DNA of 64,000 nt from NCBI GenBank assembly GCA_037131245.1, contig JBAXRK010000006.1, positions 52,295 through 116,294 on the forward strand, in the 5' to 3' direction. Origin of the DNA: Candidatus Omnitrophota bacterium (GTDB lineage: Bacteria; Omnitrophota; Gorgyraeia; Zapsychrales; Fredricksoniimonadaceae). The notes beneath the pieces were generated by a model, which worked only from the letters and a program-made list of their open reading frames with translations, did not search any database and was not told the DNA's origin. The translations under genes were made by a program, and so were the position numbers. Below, piece after piece: positions 50,437 through 59,753 of this stretch. Within the stretch, counting starts at the first letter, position 1; each line of letters opens with the position of its first letter.

Positions 50437-51215
50437 AGATCGCATTCATTGGTGCCGGTAACATGGGTGAGGCCATTTTGGCCGGGCTTTACAAAAAGCA
50501 TGCTTGTGTGGTTTGTGAAGCCCGCGTGGAACGCCGGGTGTATTTAAAAAAGAAGTACCGTTGTTCATTCGGGGATACGCCGGCTTTGGCAGCGGCGAAG
50601 GCAGACGTCGTCCTGCTGGCGGTCAAGCCCCAGGATTTGCCCGCGGCTTTGGCTGATATCAAGCCGGCCGTTAAGAGGCAGCTTTTCGTTTCGATAGCGG
50701 CGGGCATTACGTCGTCTTTTATCGAGAAAGCCCTCGGCACGAAAGTCCGCGTGGTCCGTTCCATGCCCAACCTTCCGGCTATGATCGGGGAAGGCGTAAC
50801 GGCGGTATCGGCGGGAAAACATGCATCGCCCAAAGACCTTAAAACAGCCAGAGACATTCTTGGGGCGGTTGGCCCGGTTATTGTGGTCCCTGAGAAGATG
50901 ATCAATGCTGTGACGGCGGTGTCCGGCAGCGGCCCGGCTTATGTTTTTCTCTTTGTTGAGTGTATGCTTGGCGCCGCGCGCAAACTGGGTTTCAGCGAGA
51001 CGGAAGCCAAAACGCTTGTTTATCAGACGTTGCTGGGCAGTGCGCATATGCTGGCCAAGAGTGATGATAGCGCCGAGACGTTGCGCTTGAAGGTCACATC
51101 CAAGGGCGGCACAACGCAGGCGGCGACGGATGTGTTCATGGATAAAAATATTTCCGGGATGTTCCTGGCGGCGCTTGAGGCCGCTCGCGCCCGGGCAGTG
51201 GAATTGGCAAAATAG
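50433..51215 (+). CDS. proC: Pyrroline-5-carboxylate reductase
   Basis: MKIAFIGAGNMGEAI is the NADP-binding site. VRSMPNLPA, SGSGPAYVF and VTSKGGTTQA are present. An ATGA overlap links it to yggS. Confidence 0.93.
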   Translation: MKIAFIGAGNMGEAILAGLYKKHACVVCEARVERRVYLKKKYRCSFGDTPALAAAKADVVLLAVKPQDLPAALADIKPAVKRQLFVSIAAGITSSFIEKALGTKVRVVRSMPNLPAMIGEGVTAVSAGKHASPKDLKTARDILGAVGPVIVVPEKMINAVTAVSGSGPAYVFLFVECMLGAARKLGFSETEAKTLVYQTLLGSAHMLAKSDDSAETLRLKVTSKGGTTQAATDVFMDKNISGMFLAALEAARARAVELAK

Positions 51216-51226
51216 GAGAGCGTTTT

Positions 51227-52087
51227 ATGGCGACAGTCGGCGTTATCGGTGGCAGCGGTCTGTATCAGATCGAAGGGATCGAAAAGGTTAAGGAAGTGGC
51301 GCTTAAGACGCCGTTTGGCGCCCCTTCGGATAAGTTCATCACTGGCGTTCTTGACGGTACCAAGGTGGTTTTCCTGCCGCGACATGGCCGGGGGCACCGT
51401 ATTTCTCCGACCGAGATCAACTATCATGCCAACATTTGGGGCATGAAGAAGTTGGGTGTGGATGCCATCCTCTCAGTTTCGGCAGTAGGAAGTTTGAAGC
51501 TCAAGTATAAGCCCATGGACTTTGTTCTACCCGACCAGTTCATTGACCGTACAGCGTTGCGTCGCCATATGACCTTTTTCACCGGTGGGATCGTGGGGCA
51601 TGTGGCTTTTGCGCATCCTATTTCCGCGGAGCTTTCCACTGAACTTTATCGCGCCTGCAAGGAGCTGAAGCTTACCGTTAATAAGGGCGGGACCTATGTC
51701 AACATGGAAGGCCCTCAGTTCTCGACGAAGGCCGAGTCGGAACTTTACCGCAGTTGGGGTTGTGACATTATCGGTATGACGAACCTTTCTGAGGCCAAAC
51801 TGGCGCGCGAGGCGGAGATCTCTTATGCCACGCTGGCCGCGGTGACGGATTATGACTGCTGGTATGACGGCCACGATAGCGTCACGGTCGACATGATCAT
51901 CGCCTATCTGACCCGTAATGTCGGCAATGCCAAAAAGATCCTTAAGCTTGCTATTCCCCGTGTTGGCAGGATGACGTCCTTTTCGGCCCAGGGGGCGCTG
52001 AAAAACGCCATCATGACCGATCCCAAGCTGATCCCGGCCAAGAAGAAAAAAGACCTCGAAATAATTATTGGCAAATATGTAAATTGA
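51227..52087 (+). CDS. mtnP: S-methyl-5'-thioadenosine phosphorylase
   Basis: VGVIGGSGLY...FLPRHGRGHRISPTEINYHANIWGMKKLGV...GMTNLSEAKLAREAEISYATLAAVTDYDCW matches MTAP. An AGGAGAG RBS is present. Confidence 0.92.
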   Translation: MATVGVIGGSGLYQIEGIEKVKEVALKTPFGAPSDKFITGVLDGTKVVFLPRHGRGHRISPTEINYHANIWGMKKLGVDAILSVSAVGSLKLKYKPMDFVLPDQFIDRTALRRHMTFFTGGIVGHVAFAHPISAELSTELYRACKELKLTVNKGGTYVNMEGPQFSTKAESELYRSWGCDIIGMTNLSEAKLAREAEISYATLAAVTDYDCWYDGHDSVTVDMIIAYLTRNVGNAKKILKLAIPRVGRMTSFSAQGALKNAIMTDPKLIPAKKKKDLEIIIGKYVN

Positions 52088-52104
52088 TGTAAAGTATTCC
52101 CCCT

Positions 52105-54912
52105 ATGGACTACCAGAAAACCCTTAATTTACCCAAAACCGACTTTTCCATGAAGGCCGGCCTGGCCCAGCGTGAGCCGGGAGTTCTGGCTGCTTGGGAA
52201 AAGAACGGCCTTTATCAAAGTGTTCGTGCGAAATCCGAGGGTAAACCGTCGTTTATTCTGCATGACGGCCCGCCGTATGCTAACGGGAATATTCATATCG
52301 GCCACGCGCTTAACAAGATCCTTAAGGATTTCATCGTCAAGTTCAAGACCATGCAGGGTTTTGACAGCCTTTACATTCCCGGTTGGGACTGCCATGGCTT
52401 GCCGATCGAACATGCGCTTCTTAAGGAGTTGAAAGCGCGTAAGTCCGACGTCGATTGTATTTCTTTCCGCAAGAAGGCCCATGATTATGCCATGAAATAT
52501 GTCGGCCTTCAGCGCGAACAGTTCAAGCGCCTGGGGATCATGGGTGAGTGGGATAAGCCGTATCTTACCCTGGCGCCCGCTTATGAGTTCTGGATCCTCA
52601 AGTGCCTCTCCGACCTGACCCGCAAAGGCTACGTTTACCGCAGCCTTAAGCCGGTTAACTGGTGTTTCGATTGCGAAACGGCGCTGGCCGAGGCGGAAGT
52701 TGAGCATGAAGATCATTCCTCACCGACCGTTTATGTCCGTTTTCCGGTCAATAATCCGCAGATCCTTGACCTGCCGAAAGATAAAAAGGTTTCTTTGCTG
52801 GTCTGGACGACGACACCCTGGACCCTTTTGGCCAATGTAGCGGTCGCGGTAAGCCCGACATTCGACTATGTCCTCGCCGAAATGGGCGATGAGATCCTGA
52901 TCGTTGAGAAGACTCTTTCCGCCAAGGTGCTCGATAAGGAGCCAGGCAAAAAACCCTGGCAAGCGGTTGCTCAGGTGCGGGGGACGGAACTGACCAAGCT
53001 TTTTTATACGCATCCTTTCGGCAAGAAAGAGAATTGCCGGGTGGTGGCGGTTGATTATGTGACCAAAGAAGACGGGACGGGGCTGGTTCATACGGCTCCC
53101 GGACATGGTCAGGAAGATTATCAGACGGGTGTGGCCTATCAGCTTGAAGTGTTGATGCCGGTAAGCAGCCGGGGAGTTTTTACCGCTGCCGGGGCTCCGT
53201 TCGAGGGTAAGCATGTTTTTAAAGCTAATCCCGAGATCATTGCGGACCTTCAGGCACGAGGGCTTTTATTTTATACCGAGAAAATACAACATTCTTATCC
53301 GCATTGCTGGCGTTGCAAGAATCCGATCATTTTCCGCGCTACGTTCCAGTGGTTCCTTAAGATCGATAACAATGGCCTTCGCGGTAAGCTGAAGGAAGCG
53401 GTCGAGAAAAGCGTCCAGTGGTTCCCTCCGGCTGGCGAGGAGCGTATTAAGGCGATGGTCTCTTCCCGTCCCGACTGGTGTTTATCCCGGCAGCGTTATT
53501 GGGGTGTGCCGATCCCCGCGTTCAAGCTTAAGGGCAAGGACGAACAGTTCCTTTTTCCCGAGGTTATTGACCATGTGGCCGCGCTTGTTAAGGAGCATGG
53601 CAGTGATATCTGGTTCGAAAAAAGCGTGGCCGAGCTTTGGCCGCCGGATTTCACCGTGGCGGGGCTCAAGGTCGAAGACCTGGAAAAAGCCAACGATATT
53701 CTCGATGTTTGGTTCGACAGTGGCGTCAGCCATCAGGCTGTTTTTCATGAAATGCTTAGGAGGCCGCTGCCGGCCGACCTGTACCTTGAAGGTTCCGACC
53801 AGCATCGCGGTTGGTTCCAGTCGTCCCTTATTCCGTCCATGGCGATCGATGGCCGTCCGCCGTACAAACAGGTGCTCACGCATGGTTTTGTGGTGGACGG
53901 AGAAGGCCGCAAGATGTCTAAGTCAACGGGTAATGTGATCGCGCCCGATGATATTATCAAGAATAACGGCGCTGATATCCTGCGCTTGTGGGTGGCTTCA
54001 TCGAGCTATAACGATGATATTCGCCTGTCCAAAGAGATCATGGACCGGTTGGTCGATGCGTACCGCAAGATCCGCAATACCTCGCGCTATCTCTTGAGCA
54101 ACCTGGATGGCTTTAATCCGGATACTGACCTTGTTCCTGCCAAGGATCTACTGGCGGTGGATCGTTGGGCGCTCAGCCGTTTGGCGGGCCTAATTGAAAG
54201 TGTTACCAAGTCGTACGAGACCTATGAATTCTCGACGGTTTATAAGGAGATATATTCGTTTTGTAACGAGGATCTGTCGGGCTTTTATCTTGACATCCTA
54301 AAAGACAGACTATATACTTCCAGCGCTCGTTCGTTAAAAAGGCGTTCGGCGCAGACCGTTCTCTATCATATTGTTGACGCGCTCGCCCGGATGCTAGCGC
54401 CGGTCCTTAGTTTTACGGCCGATGAGATCTATAGTTTTATGCCCAAGACCGCGGCCAATAAGGATGTTCCTTCGGTCCATTTACTGGATTGGCCGAGGGC
54501 GGACCGCACCTGGCGGGATCATGCGGCTGAAGAGCGTTTCACCCGGTTCCTGGAATTCCGGCCGCTTATTCTTAAGAAGCTTGAAGAAAAACGAGCGGAA
54601 GGCGGCATCGGCGCATCCCTTGAGGCGAAGGTCATTATAGGGAGCCCTTCGGACCGGGATGTTGCGTATCTCAATTCTTTGGCGGCTGAACTGCCTTCTT
54701 TGTTGATCGTTTCTGAGGTTGAGGTCGGAAAAATATCCGGTGCGGAAAAAACGTCAGGCCCGGCCGATATTACGATTGCAAAAGCCGGGGGCGTTAAATG
54801 CCCGCGCTGCTGGAATTACAAGAATGACATTGGGAAAGACACGGATCACCCTGAGGTCTGCGGACGTTGCGCCCGGGCGGTCAAGGATTTAGATATTTCA
54901 GATACATTATAA
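52105..54912 (+). CDS. ileS: Isoleucine--tRNA ligase
   Basis: HIGH is present (PPYANGNIHIGHALNK), as are KMSKS and the CP1 editing-domain motifs (WTTTPWTL). The C-terminal Zn ribbon is CPRCWNY...CGRC. Confidence 0.97.
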   Translation: MDYQKTLNLPKTDFSMKAGLAQREPGVLAAWEKNGLYQSVRAKSEGKPSFILHDGPPYANGNIHIGHALNKILKDFIVKFKTMQGFDSLYIPGWDCHGLPIEHALLKELKARKSDVDCISFRKKAHDYAMKYVGLQREQFKRLGIMGEWDKPYLTLAPAYEFWILKCLSDLTRKGYVYRSLKPVNWCFDCETALAEAEVEHEDHSSPTVYVRFPVNNPQILDLPKDKKVSLLVWTTTPWTLLANVAVAVSPTFDYVLAEMGDEILIVEKTLSAKVLDKEPGKKPWQAVAQVRGTELTKLFYTHPFGKKENCRVVAVDYVTKEDGTGLVHTAPGHGQEDYQTGVAYQLEVLMPVSSRGVFTAAGAPFEGKHVFKANPEIIADLQARGLLFYTEKIQHSYPHCWRCKNPIIFRATFQWFLKIDNNGLRGKLKEAVEKSVQWFPPAGEERIKAMVSSRPDWCLSRQRYWGVPIPAFKLKGKDEQFLFPEVIDHVAALVKEHGSDIWFEKSVAELWPPDFTVAGLKVEDLEKANDILDVWFDSGVSHQAVFHEMLRRPLPADLYLEGSDQHRGWFQSSLIPSMAIDGRPPYKQVLTHGFVVDGEGRKMSKSTGNVIAPDDIIKNNGADILRLWVASSSYNDDIRLSKEIMDRLVDAYRKIRNTSRYLLSNLDGFNPDTDLVPAKDLLAVDRWALSRLAGLIESVTKSYETYEFSTVYKEIYSFCNEDLSGFYLDILKDRLYTSSARSLKRRSAQTVLYHIVDALARMLAPVLSFTADEIYSFMPKTAANKDVPSVHLLDWPRADRTWRDHAAEERFTRFLEFRPLILKKLEEKRAEGGIGASLEAKVIIGSPSDRDVAYLNSLAAELPSLLIVSEVEVGKISGAEKTSGPADITIAKAGGVKCPRCWNYKNDIGKDTDHPEVCGRCARAVKDLDISDTL

Positions 54913-54936
54913 TTGTAACAACAGGGGATCATTCAC

Positions 54937-55323
54937 ATGCCAGACAAATTGGACGCCAAGAAACTCGAATTCTTTAAGAAATTGCTTCTGTCGATCAAAT
55001 CTCAGGTCAATGGCGATATCCGCAGTATGGCGAACGAGAGTGAAGGCGATCAGAGCGACAAAGGTGATCTTTCCGGCCACGCGATGCATATGGCCGATGT
55101 CGCGACCGATATGTACGATCGTGAATTCAATCTGTCCCTGGCTTCCAATGACCGCGAGATCCTGCAGAAAGTCGACGCGGCGCTTTCCCGTATCGATAAA
55201 GGAAACTACGGTTTTTGCCTGGAAAGCGGCAAAAGGATCCCGGAGCAGCGCCTGAAGGCGATTCCGTATGCCGAGTACTGCCTTGAGGTCCAGGAAGCGA
55301 TGGACCGCAAGAGCGGGAAATGA
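54937..55323 (+). CDS. dksA: DksA/TraR-family regulator with a degenerate (2-Cys) zinc ribbon
   Basis: The layout is a coiled coil plus a C-terminal C-x2-S-x17-C-x2-V (FCLESGKRIPEQRLKAIPYAEYCLEV) where canonical DksA has C-x2-C-x17-C-x2-C. Confidence 0.75.
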   Translation: MPDKLDAKKLEFFKKLLLSIKSQVNGDIRSMANESEGDQSDKGDLSGHAMHMADVATDMYDREFNLSLASNDREILQKVDAALSRIDKGNYGFCLESGKRIPEQRLKAIPYAEYCLEVQEAMDRKSGK

Positions 55324-55826
55324 AGCGTTCTTATTCGGACATTATCATCTGCCTGGCCACCGTGGCGCTGGTTGTTTCTCTTGACCGCCTGACCAAGCTC
55401 TGTTTTTCGACCATCCTTCATCCGGGAGAGTCGATCCCCGTCATCCGCAATGTTTTTCATTTTTCGCTGGTTCATAATACCGGCATTGCTTTCGGCCTGT
55501 TCAAGGATAACAGTTTTGTTTTTTTTGTGATCCCGGTTATCGCGATCGGCCTTTTGGTCTATAATATCTATTATTACCATAAGGTCGGGGAGTTGGATCG
55601 TTTGTATATCTCGGCTTTTTCGTTGATCCTGGGTGGAGCTATCGGGAACCTTATCGACCGGATGATGTTGGGGTATGTGGTGGATTTCCTGGATTTTCGT
55701 GTGTGGCCGGTGTTTAACGCGGCCGATAGCGCGATTACGGTCGGAGCTTTTATTATTTTGATCAAGTGTTTCCCTTTAGCCAGGGAAAAAGGCCAGGCGC
55801 GGCCCAAGGTTTTTTTGAAGGATTGA
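55320..55826 (+). CDS. lspA: Lipoprotein signal peptidase (signal peptidase II)
   Basis: NTGIAFG, GGAIGNLIDR and VVDFLDFRVWPVFNAADSAITVG are present. An ATGA overlap links it to dksA. Confidence 0.93.
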   Translation: MKRSYSDIIICLATVALVVSLDRLTKLCFSTILHPGESIPVIRNVFHFSLVHNTGIAFGLFKDNSFVFFVIPVIAIGLLVYNIYYYHKVGELDRLYISAFSLILGGAIGNLIDRMMLGYVVDFLDFRVWPVFNAADSAITVGAFIILIKCFPLAREKGQARPKVFLKD

Positions 55827-55827
55827 T

Positions 55828-56553
55828 ATGTTCCCAGTGATCTGCCATATCGGCCCGATACCGGTTTACTCCTACGGCCTGATGCTTGCCCTGGCGGTGG
55901 CTGTTTCCTCTCAGTTACTGGCGCGCGATGCCCGGAAGATCGGGATCCTGCCGGATGTTATTTATGACCTGGTTTTCTGGGTGGTCGTTTGTGGCATTCT
56001 TGGCGCCAGAGTGTTTTATGTTTTTCTTAATCTGAATGTTTTTGTTAAGGCTCCCCTCGAAATAGTGATGCTCTGGAAAGGCGGTTTAGCCTGGCAGGGC
56101 AGTTTTGCGGGGGGGCTCCTGGCCGGGATCCTTTTTATTCGTCGTTATAAGCTGCCTCTTTGGCCTTTGCTTGACGTGGCGGCACCTTACATTGCCTTAG
56201 GGCAGGCGATCGGGCGTATTGGCTGTTTGCTAAACGGCTGCTGTTATGGCCGGCCGGCGTCATGGGGGCTGTATTTTCCCGTTTGGGAAGAGAGGCTCAT
56301 TCCTACCCAGATCTTTATGTCGCTCGGCCAGCTGCTGATCTTTCTGGCGCTGCGTTGGTGGGCCCCTCGGTTGAAAACGCCGGGCCGGGTTTTTGTGATG
56401 TATCTTGTTTTGAGCTCTGTTGAACGTTTTGTTATCGAGTTCTTCCGGGCCGACCATGACCTTTATCTGGGATTGAGTATTTTTCAGTATGTTTGTATTA
56501 TTCTGTTCGCGGCCGGGCTGGCCGTGAACGCCACCTTAAAAACGCGCCGTTGA
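55828..56553 (+). CDS. lgt: Phosphatidylglycerol-prolipoprotein diacylglyceryl transferase
   Basis: YGLMLALAV, GARVFYV, WKGGLAWQG, GRIGCLLNGCCYGRP and PTQIF are present. Confidence 0.92.
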   Translation: MFPVICHIGPIPVYSYGLMLALAVAVSSQLLARDARKIGILPDVIYDLVFWVVVCGILGARVFYVFLNLNVFVKAPLEIVMLWKGGLAWQGSFAGGLLAGILFIRRYKLPLWPLLDVAAPYIALGQAIGRIGCLLNGCCYGRPASWGLYFPVWEERLIPTQIFMSLGQLLIFLALRWWAPRLKTPGRVFVMYLVLSSVERFVIEFFRADHDLYLGLSIFQYVCIILFAAGLAVNATLKTRR

Positions 56554-56560
56554 GGGCCAC

Positions 56561-57466
56561 ATGCCGCCACATGTTCTAAAAGTTACCGAAGCCGATCATG
56601 ATGTGCGCGTGGATGTTTTTGTCACCCGGGCCTTGCCGGATGTCGTTCCGTCACGGATGTTCGTCAAGCGCTTGCTTGATGAGGGCCGGCTCACGGTTAA
56701 TGGCAAAGAGGCCAGGCCGTCGCTTAAGGTCATGTCCGGCGATAGTGTTTCGGTAGATGTGCGTGTTGAGGACTATCCTGACGAGCGCATTAAGCCGGAG
56801 AATGTCGCGCTTGATATTGTATATGAAGATGCCGCCATGATCGCGCTTAACAAGCCGGCTGGCATCGCGGTACATCCGGCGGCCGGCCATTACGGTGGGA
56901 CGCTGGTTAATGCACTGGTCCATCATTTTAGTGAATTGTCGGACGTCAACGGCGCCAAACGTCCGGGGATCGTTCACCGGCTTGATAAGGAAACCTCCGG
57001 CATTCTTCTGGTGGCCAAGACGAACATGGCGCATGCCCGTTTGGCCAAGCAATTTGAAAGCCACACGATCGAAAAGAAATATGTGGCACTGGTGGAGGGC
57101 GTGGTTCAGTTCGATGAAGGGGTCATTGAGGCGCCCATCGGGGATCATCCCAAATATCATGACCTGCGTTGTATTGCCAAAGAAGGTGAAGGCCGGGAGG
57201 CGACCACGTATTACAACGTGGTCCGGCGCCATAAGGATCGAACAGCCGTGGCTTTGTTCCCTACGACGGGCCGGACGCATCAGTTGCGGCTGCATATGCG
57301 CCACTTACGCCATGCGATCATGGGGGACGAGAAGTATGGCAATAAGGGGAATTTTTCGCGATTGGCGCTGCATGCCCAGTCGATCTTTTTTACGCATCCG
57401 TTGACCAAGGAACCGATGGAAATATCGGTCCCTCTGCCTGCCGAGTTCGGGCCATATTTCTTATAA
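56561..57466 (+). CDS. rluD: RluA-family 23S rRNA pseudouridine synthase (RluD-like)
   Basis: It has an S4-like N-terminus (RVDVFV...SRMFVKRLLDEGRLTVNGK) and the catalytic HRLDKETSGILLVAK. RTHQLRLH is also present. Confidence 0.92.
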   Translation: MPPHVLKVTEADHDVRVDVFVTRALPDVVPSRMFVKRLLDEGRLTVNGKEARPSLKVMSGDSVSVDVRVEDYPDERIKPENVALDIVYEDAAMIALNKPAGIAVHPAAGHYGGTLVNALVHHFSELSDVNGAKRPGIVHRLDKETSGILLVAKTNMAHARLAKQFESHTIEKKYVALVEGVVQFDEGVIEAPIGDHPKYHDLRCIAKEGEGREATTYYNVVRRHKDRTAVALFPTTGRTHQLRLHMRHLRHAIMGDEKYGNKGNFSRLALHAQSIFFTHPLTKEPMEISVPLPAEFGPYFL

Positions 57467-57472
57467 CTCTGC

Positions 57473-57500
57473 TTTACTTTGCGGTATTGTTTTTTATAAT
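57473..57500 (+). promoter_or_regulatory. Putative sigma70 promoter (TTTACT-16 nt-TATAAT)
   Basis: TTTACT lies at 57473-57478 and a consensus TATAAT at 57495-57500, upstream of the coiled-coil gene. Confidence 0.5.
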
Positions 57501-57535
57501 AGGGATATCATCAAAAAATAGTATCGAGGATTGTT

Positions 57536-58390
57536 ATGTCTTCCATCAAGAGCGGCCGCACGATCTTTATTTTTCTGGGCTTGATCATTGTCATTTTGAT
57601 CAGCGGGGTAGCGATCTCACTTTTCCTCTTACAGAAAGAGACCCAGACGCGTAAGGAGACGGAAGTTTCTCTCGATGAGGCGCGCACGAGGGGTGCCAAG
57701 ATCGAGGCGGCTCTAAAAGAAGCGGAAAAACAGATCGATGTTCTTAAGGGCAAGAACAAGGATGCTGACGACAAGATCAATGGCTTGATGGAAGAGATCG
57801 ACCTTGAGGCGGCGCTGCGTGACGAGATCAAGGCCGAGAACAAGAAACTTAAAGACCTGGTTGAGTCGGAAGCCAAGACCAAAGTAGAGCTGCGCCAGAA
57901 GTTCTCAGCGGAACTGGAGTCCGCCCAGACGAAGATGAAGGACCTGGAGGCCAAGGTGGCCAGCGGTGCCCAGGAGGCTGAATCGCTTAAAAAAGCGGCG
58001 GATGATCTGCAGAAAAAGAATGCCGACCTTGAGGCAAAGGTTAAAGACGCCGAGAAGGCCGCGGCCGAGCAACCGCGCAGCGAGATCATTCCCGCGCCGG
58101 GCCAACCCGGCAGTGAGAAGGTTGATCTTGACCGTATCGTGATCGCCCCTGGTTCCGCCAAGCAGGGGCGCGTTCTTAATGTCGACAGTGAAACGGAATT
58201 CTTAATTTTCGACCTCGGGGCCAAGGCCGGTATCAAACAGGGCGATGTCATGTCGATCTATCGGGGTAAAGGTTATCTTGGTGATGTGAAAGTTTCCCGT
58301 GTCCAGGACGATATGGCGGCGGCCGATTTTATTCCGCCGTTCTCCAGCCGCAAGGTTCGTAAGAACGACCAGGTCGTTCCCAAACGCTGA
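57536..58390 (+). CDS. Membrane-anchored coiled-coil protein with a C-terminal small beta-barrel domain
   Basis: A GAGGA RBS is present. The N-terminal TM segment is TIFIFLGLIIVILISGVAISLFLL. About 150 aa of E/K/A-rich coiled coil follow. The C-terminus reads GRVLNVDSETEFLIFDLGAKAGIKQGDVMSIYRGKGYLGDVKVSRVQDDMAAADFIP. Confidence 0.6.
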   Translation: MSSIKSGRTIFIFLGLIIVILISGVAISLFLLQKETQTRKETEVSLDEARTRGAKIEAALKEAEKQIDVLKGKNKDADDKINGLMEEIDLEAALRDEIKAENKKLKDLVESEAKTKVELRQKFSAELESAQTKMKDLEAKVASGAQEAESLKKAADDLQKKNADLEAKVKDAEKAAAEQPRSEIIPAPGQPGSEKVDLDRIVIAPGSAKQGRVLNVDSETEFLIFDLGAKAGIKQGDVMSIYRGKGYLGDVKVSRVQDDMAAADFIPPFSSRKVRKNDQVVPKR

Positions 58391-58391
58391 T

Positions 58392-59669
58392 ATGCTCCTG
58401 AGAGTCCCGCTCGTCAAAGCCCTTCGCGGGTCTGTTATTCTTCCGGCTTCAAAATCCTACTCTATTCGGGCTTTTTTCGTTGCCGCTTGCGGCGGCGTTT
58501 CGCGTGTTATCGGGCCTTCCGATTGTGATGATGCTATCGTGGCCGGCAAGGTGGCCGAGGCTTTTGGCGCCCGGGTCGTGCCGGTTAGCGGCGGTTACCG
58601 GATAGTGGCGTTGACGGACGTTGACCGTCGCGCGGCGCTTAAGATCGATGTCCGTGAGTCGGGCACGTCGTTGCGTTTTGTGCTGCCTTTGCTTTCGTTC
58701 TTTTGTTCATCGGCGCAGGTTACGGGACGCGGAACGTTGTTGGGCCGTCCCAACCATCATTTATGTTTGGCTCTTCGTGATCGCGGGCTTAAAGTTCAAG
58801 GTGCGGGTGCGCAGGAGTCGGTTCCGGTTATTTTCTCCGGTGGTGAATTGCCGGGCGGCCGCATTGTCATTGACGGGTCGGTCAGTTCGCAGTTCATTTC
58901 CGCGTTAATGATCGCGGCGCCGTTCTGCCGGCAGGATACCCGGTTGGTGATGTCGGGTCAGTTGGTTTCGCGGGACTATGTGCTTATGACCCGGCAGATC
59001 CTGGCGCGCGCCGGTATTCGGGTTATTGAGAAAAGCCCCAGAGAATTTTTGATCCCCGGTAAGCAGAAGTATAAGGGGTTAAAATCGTTCCATGTCCCTT
59101 CCGACTGGGGCTTGGCGGCTTTCTTTATGGTTGCGGCGGCCCTGGTGCCGTCGGCGATCACCCTAAAAGGTTGTTTTGATGATACCTTGGTCCAGTCTGA
59201 CGGGGCAATTCTGGGTTTTTTATCACGGATGGGCTTGAAATATTCCAGGAGTCCCCGGGCGCTTAAGATCAAAGGGGCTCAGGAGCTCAAGGGTGGCGTT
59301 TTTTCGCTTAAGGACTGTCCTGATCTTGTTCCGATCATGGCTGTGGCGGCCATGTTTGCTAAAGGTCCGACCCGTTTGAAAGATATCGGCCATGCGAGGG
59401 TTAAGGAATCTGACCGCATCAGTGATCTGCGTCATGAATTGCTTAAGGTTGGTGCTGATATTAGAGAGAAGCATGATGAAATGGTCATTGTACCCCAGGC
59501 TTCTTACAGGAGCGGGGTTACCCTTGATCCTCACCATGATCATCGTTTGGCCATGGCCTTTGCGGTGTTGGGCCTCAGAATAGGGGTAAAGATCTCCGAT
59601 ATAGAGTGCACGAAAAAGTCCTATCCCGGATTTGTCAAAGCCCTTTCCGCCGTTACGCTTAAGTTGTAA
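58392..59669 (+). CDS. aroA: 3-phosphoshikimate 1-carboxyvinyltransferase (EPSP synthase)
   Basis: LPASKSYSIRAF, ESGTSLRF, DGSVSSQFISALMIAAP, RVKESDRI and DHRLAMAFAVLGL are present. ATG 58392 lies directly after the upstream stop. Confidence 0.92.
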   Translation: MLLRVPLVKALRGSVILPASKSYSIRAFFVAACGGVSRVIGPSDCDDAIVAGKVAEAFGARVVPVSGGYRIVALTDVDRRAALKIDVRESGTSLRFVLPLLSFFCSSAQVTGRGTLLGRPNHHLCLALRDRGLKVQGAGAQESVPVIFSGGELPGGRIVIDGSVSSQFISALMIAAPFCRQDTRLVMSGQLVSRDYVLMTRQILARAGIRVIEKSPREFLIPGKQKYKGLKSFHVPSDWGLAAFFMVAAALVPSAITLKGCFDDTLVQSDGAILGFLSRMGLKYSRSPRALKIKGAQELKGGVFSLKDCPDLVPIMAVAAMFAKGPTRLKDIGHARVKESDRISDLRHELLKVGADIREKHDEMVIVPQASYRSGVTLDPHHDHRLAMAFAVLGLRIGVKISDIECTKKSYPGFVKALSAVTLKL

Positions 59670-59753
59670 TTCCCGAACCACTTACAATTTGACTTGAACT
59701 CCCTTTTCGTATAAGATGCTTTCCATTCTTAAACTACTTATCCAGGGGAAAAT

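Noticed and set aside
57511-58251. A 246-aa S/A/R-rich ORF lies antisense to the coiled-coil gene. Similar long antisense ORFs lie at 62222-63214 (opposite mrdA), 36139-36756 (opposite yceI), 42293-42673 (opposite the response regulator), 40479-41105 (opposite the ECF sigma) and 52129-52716 (opposite ileS).
   Set aside because: All lie opposite genes with strong family motifs. All are low-complexity or motif-free and lack RBS context. I treat them as shadow ORFs.
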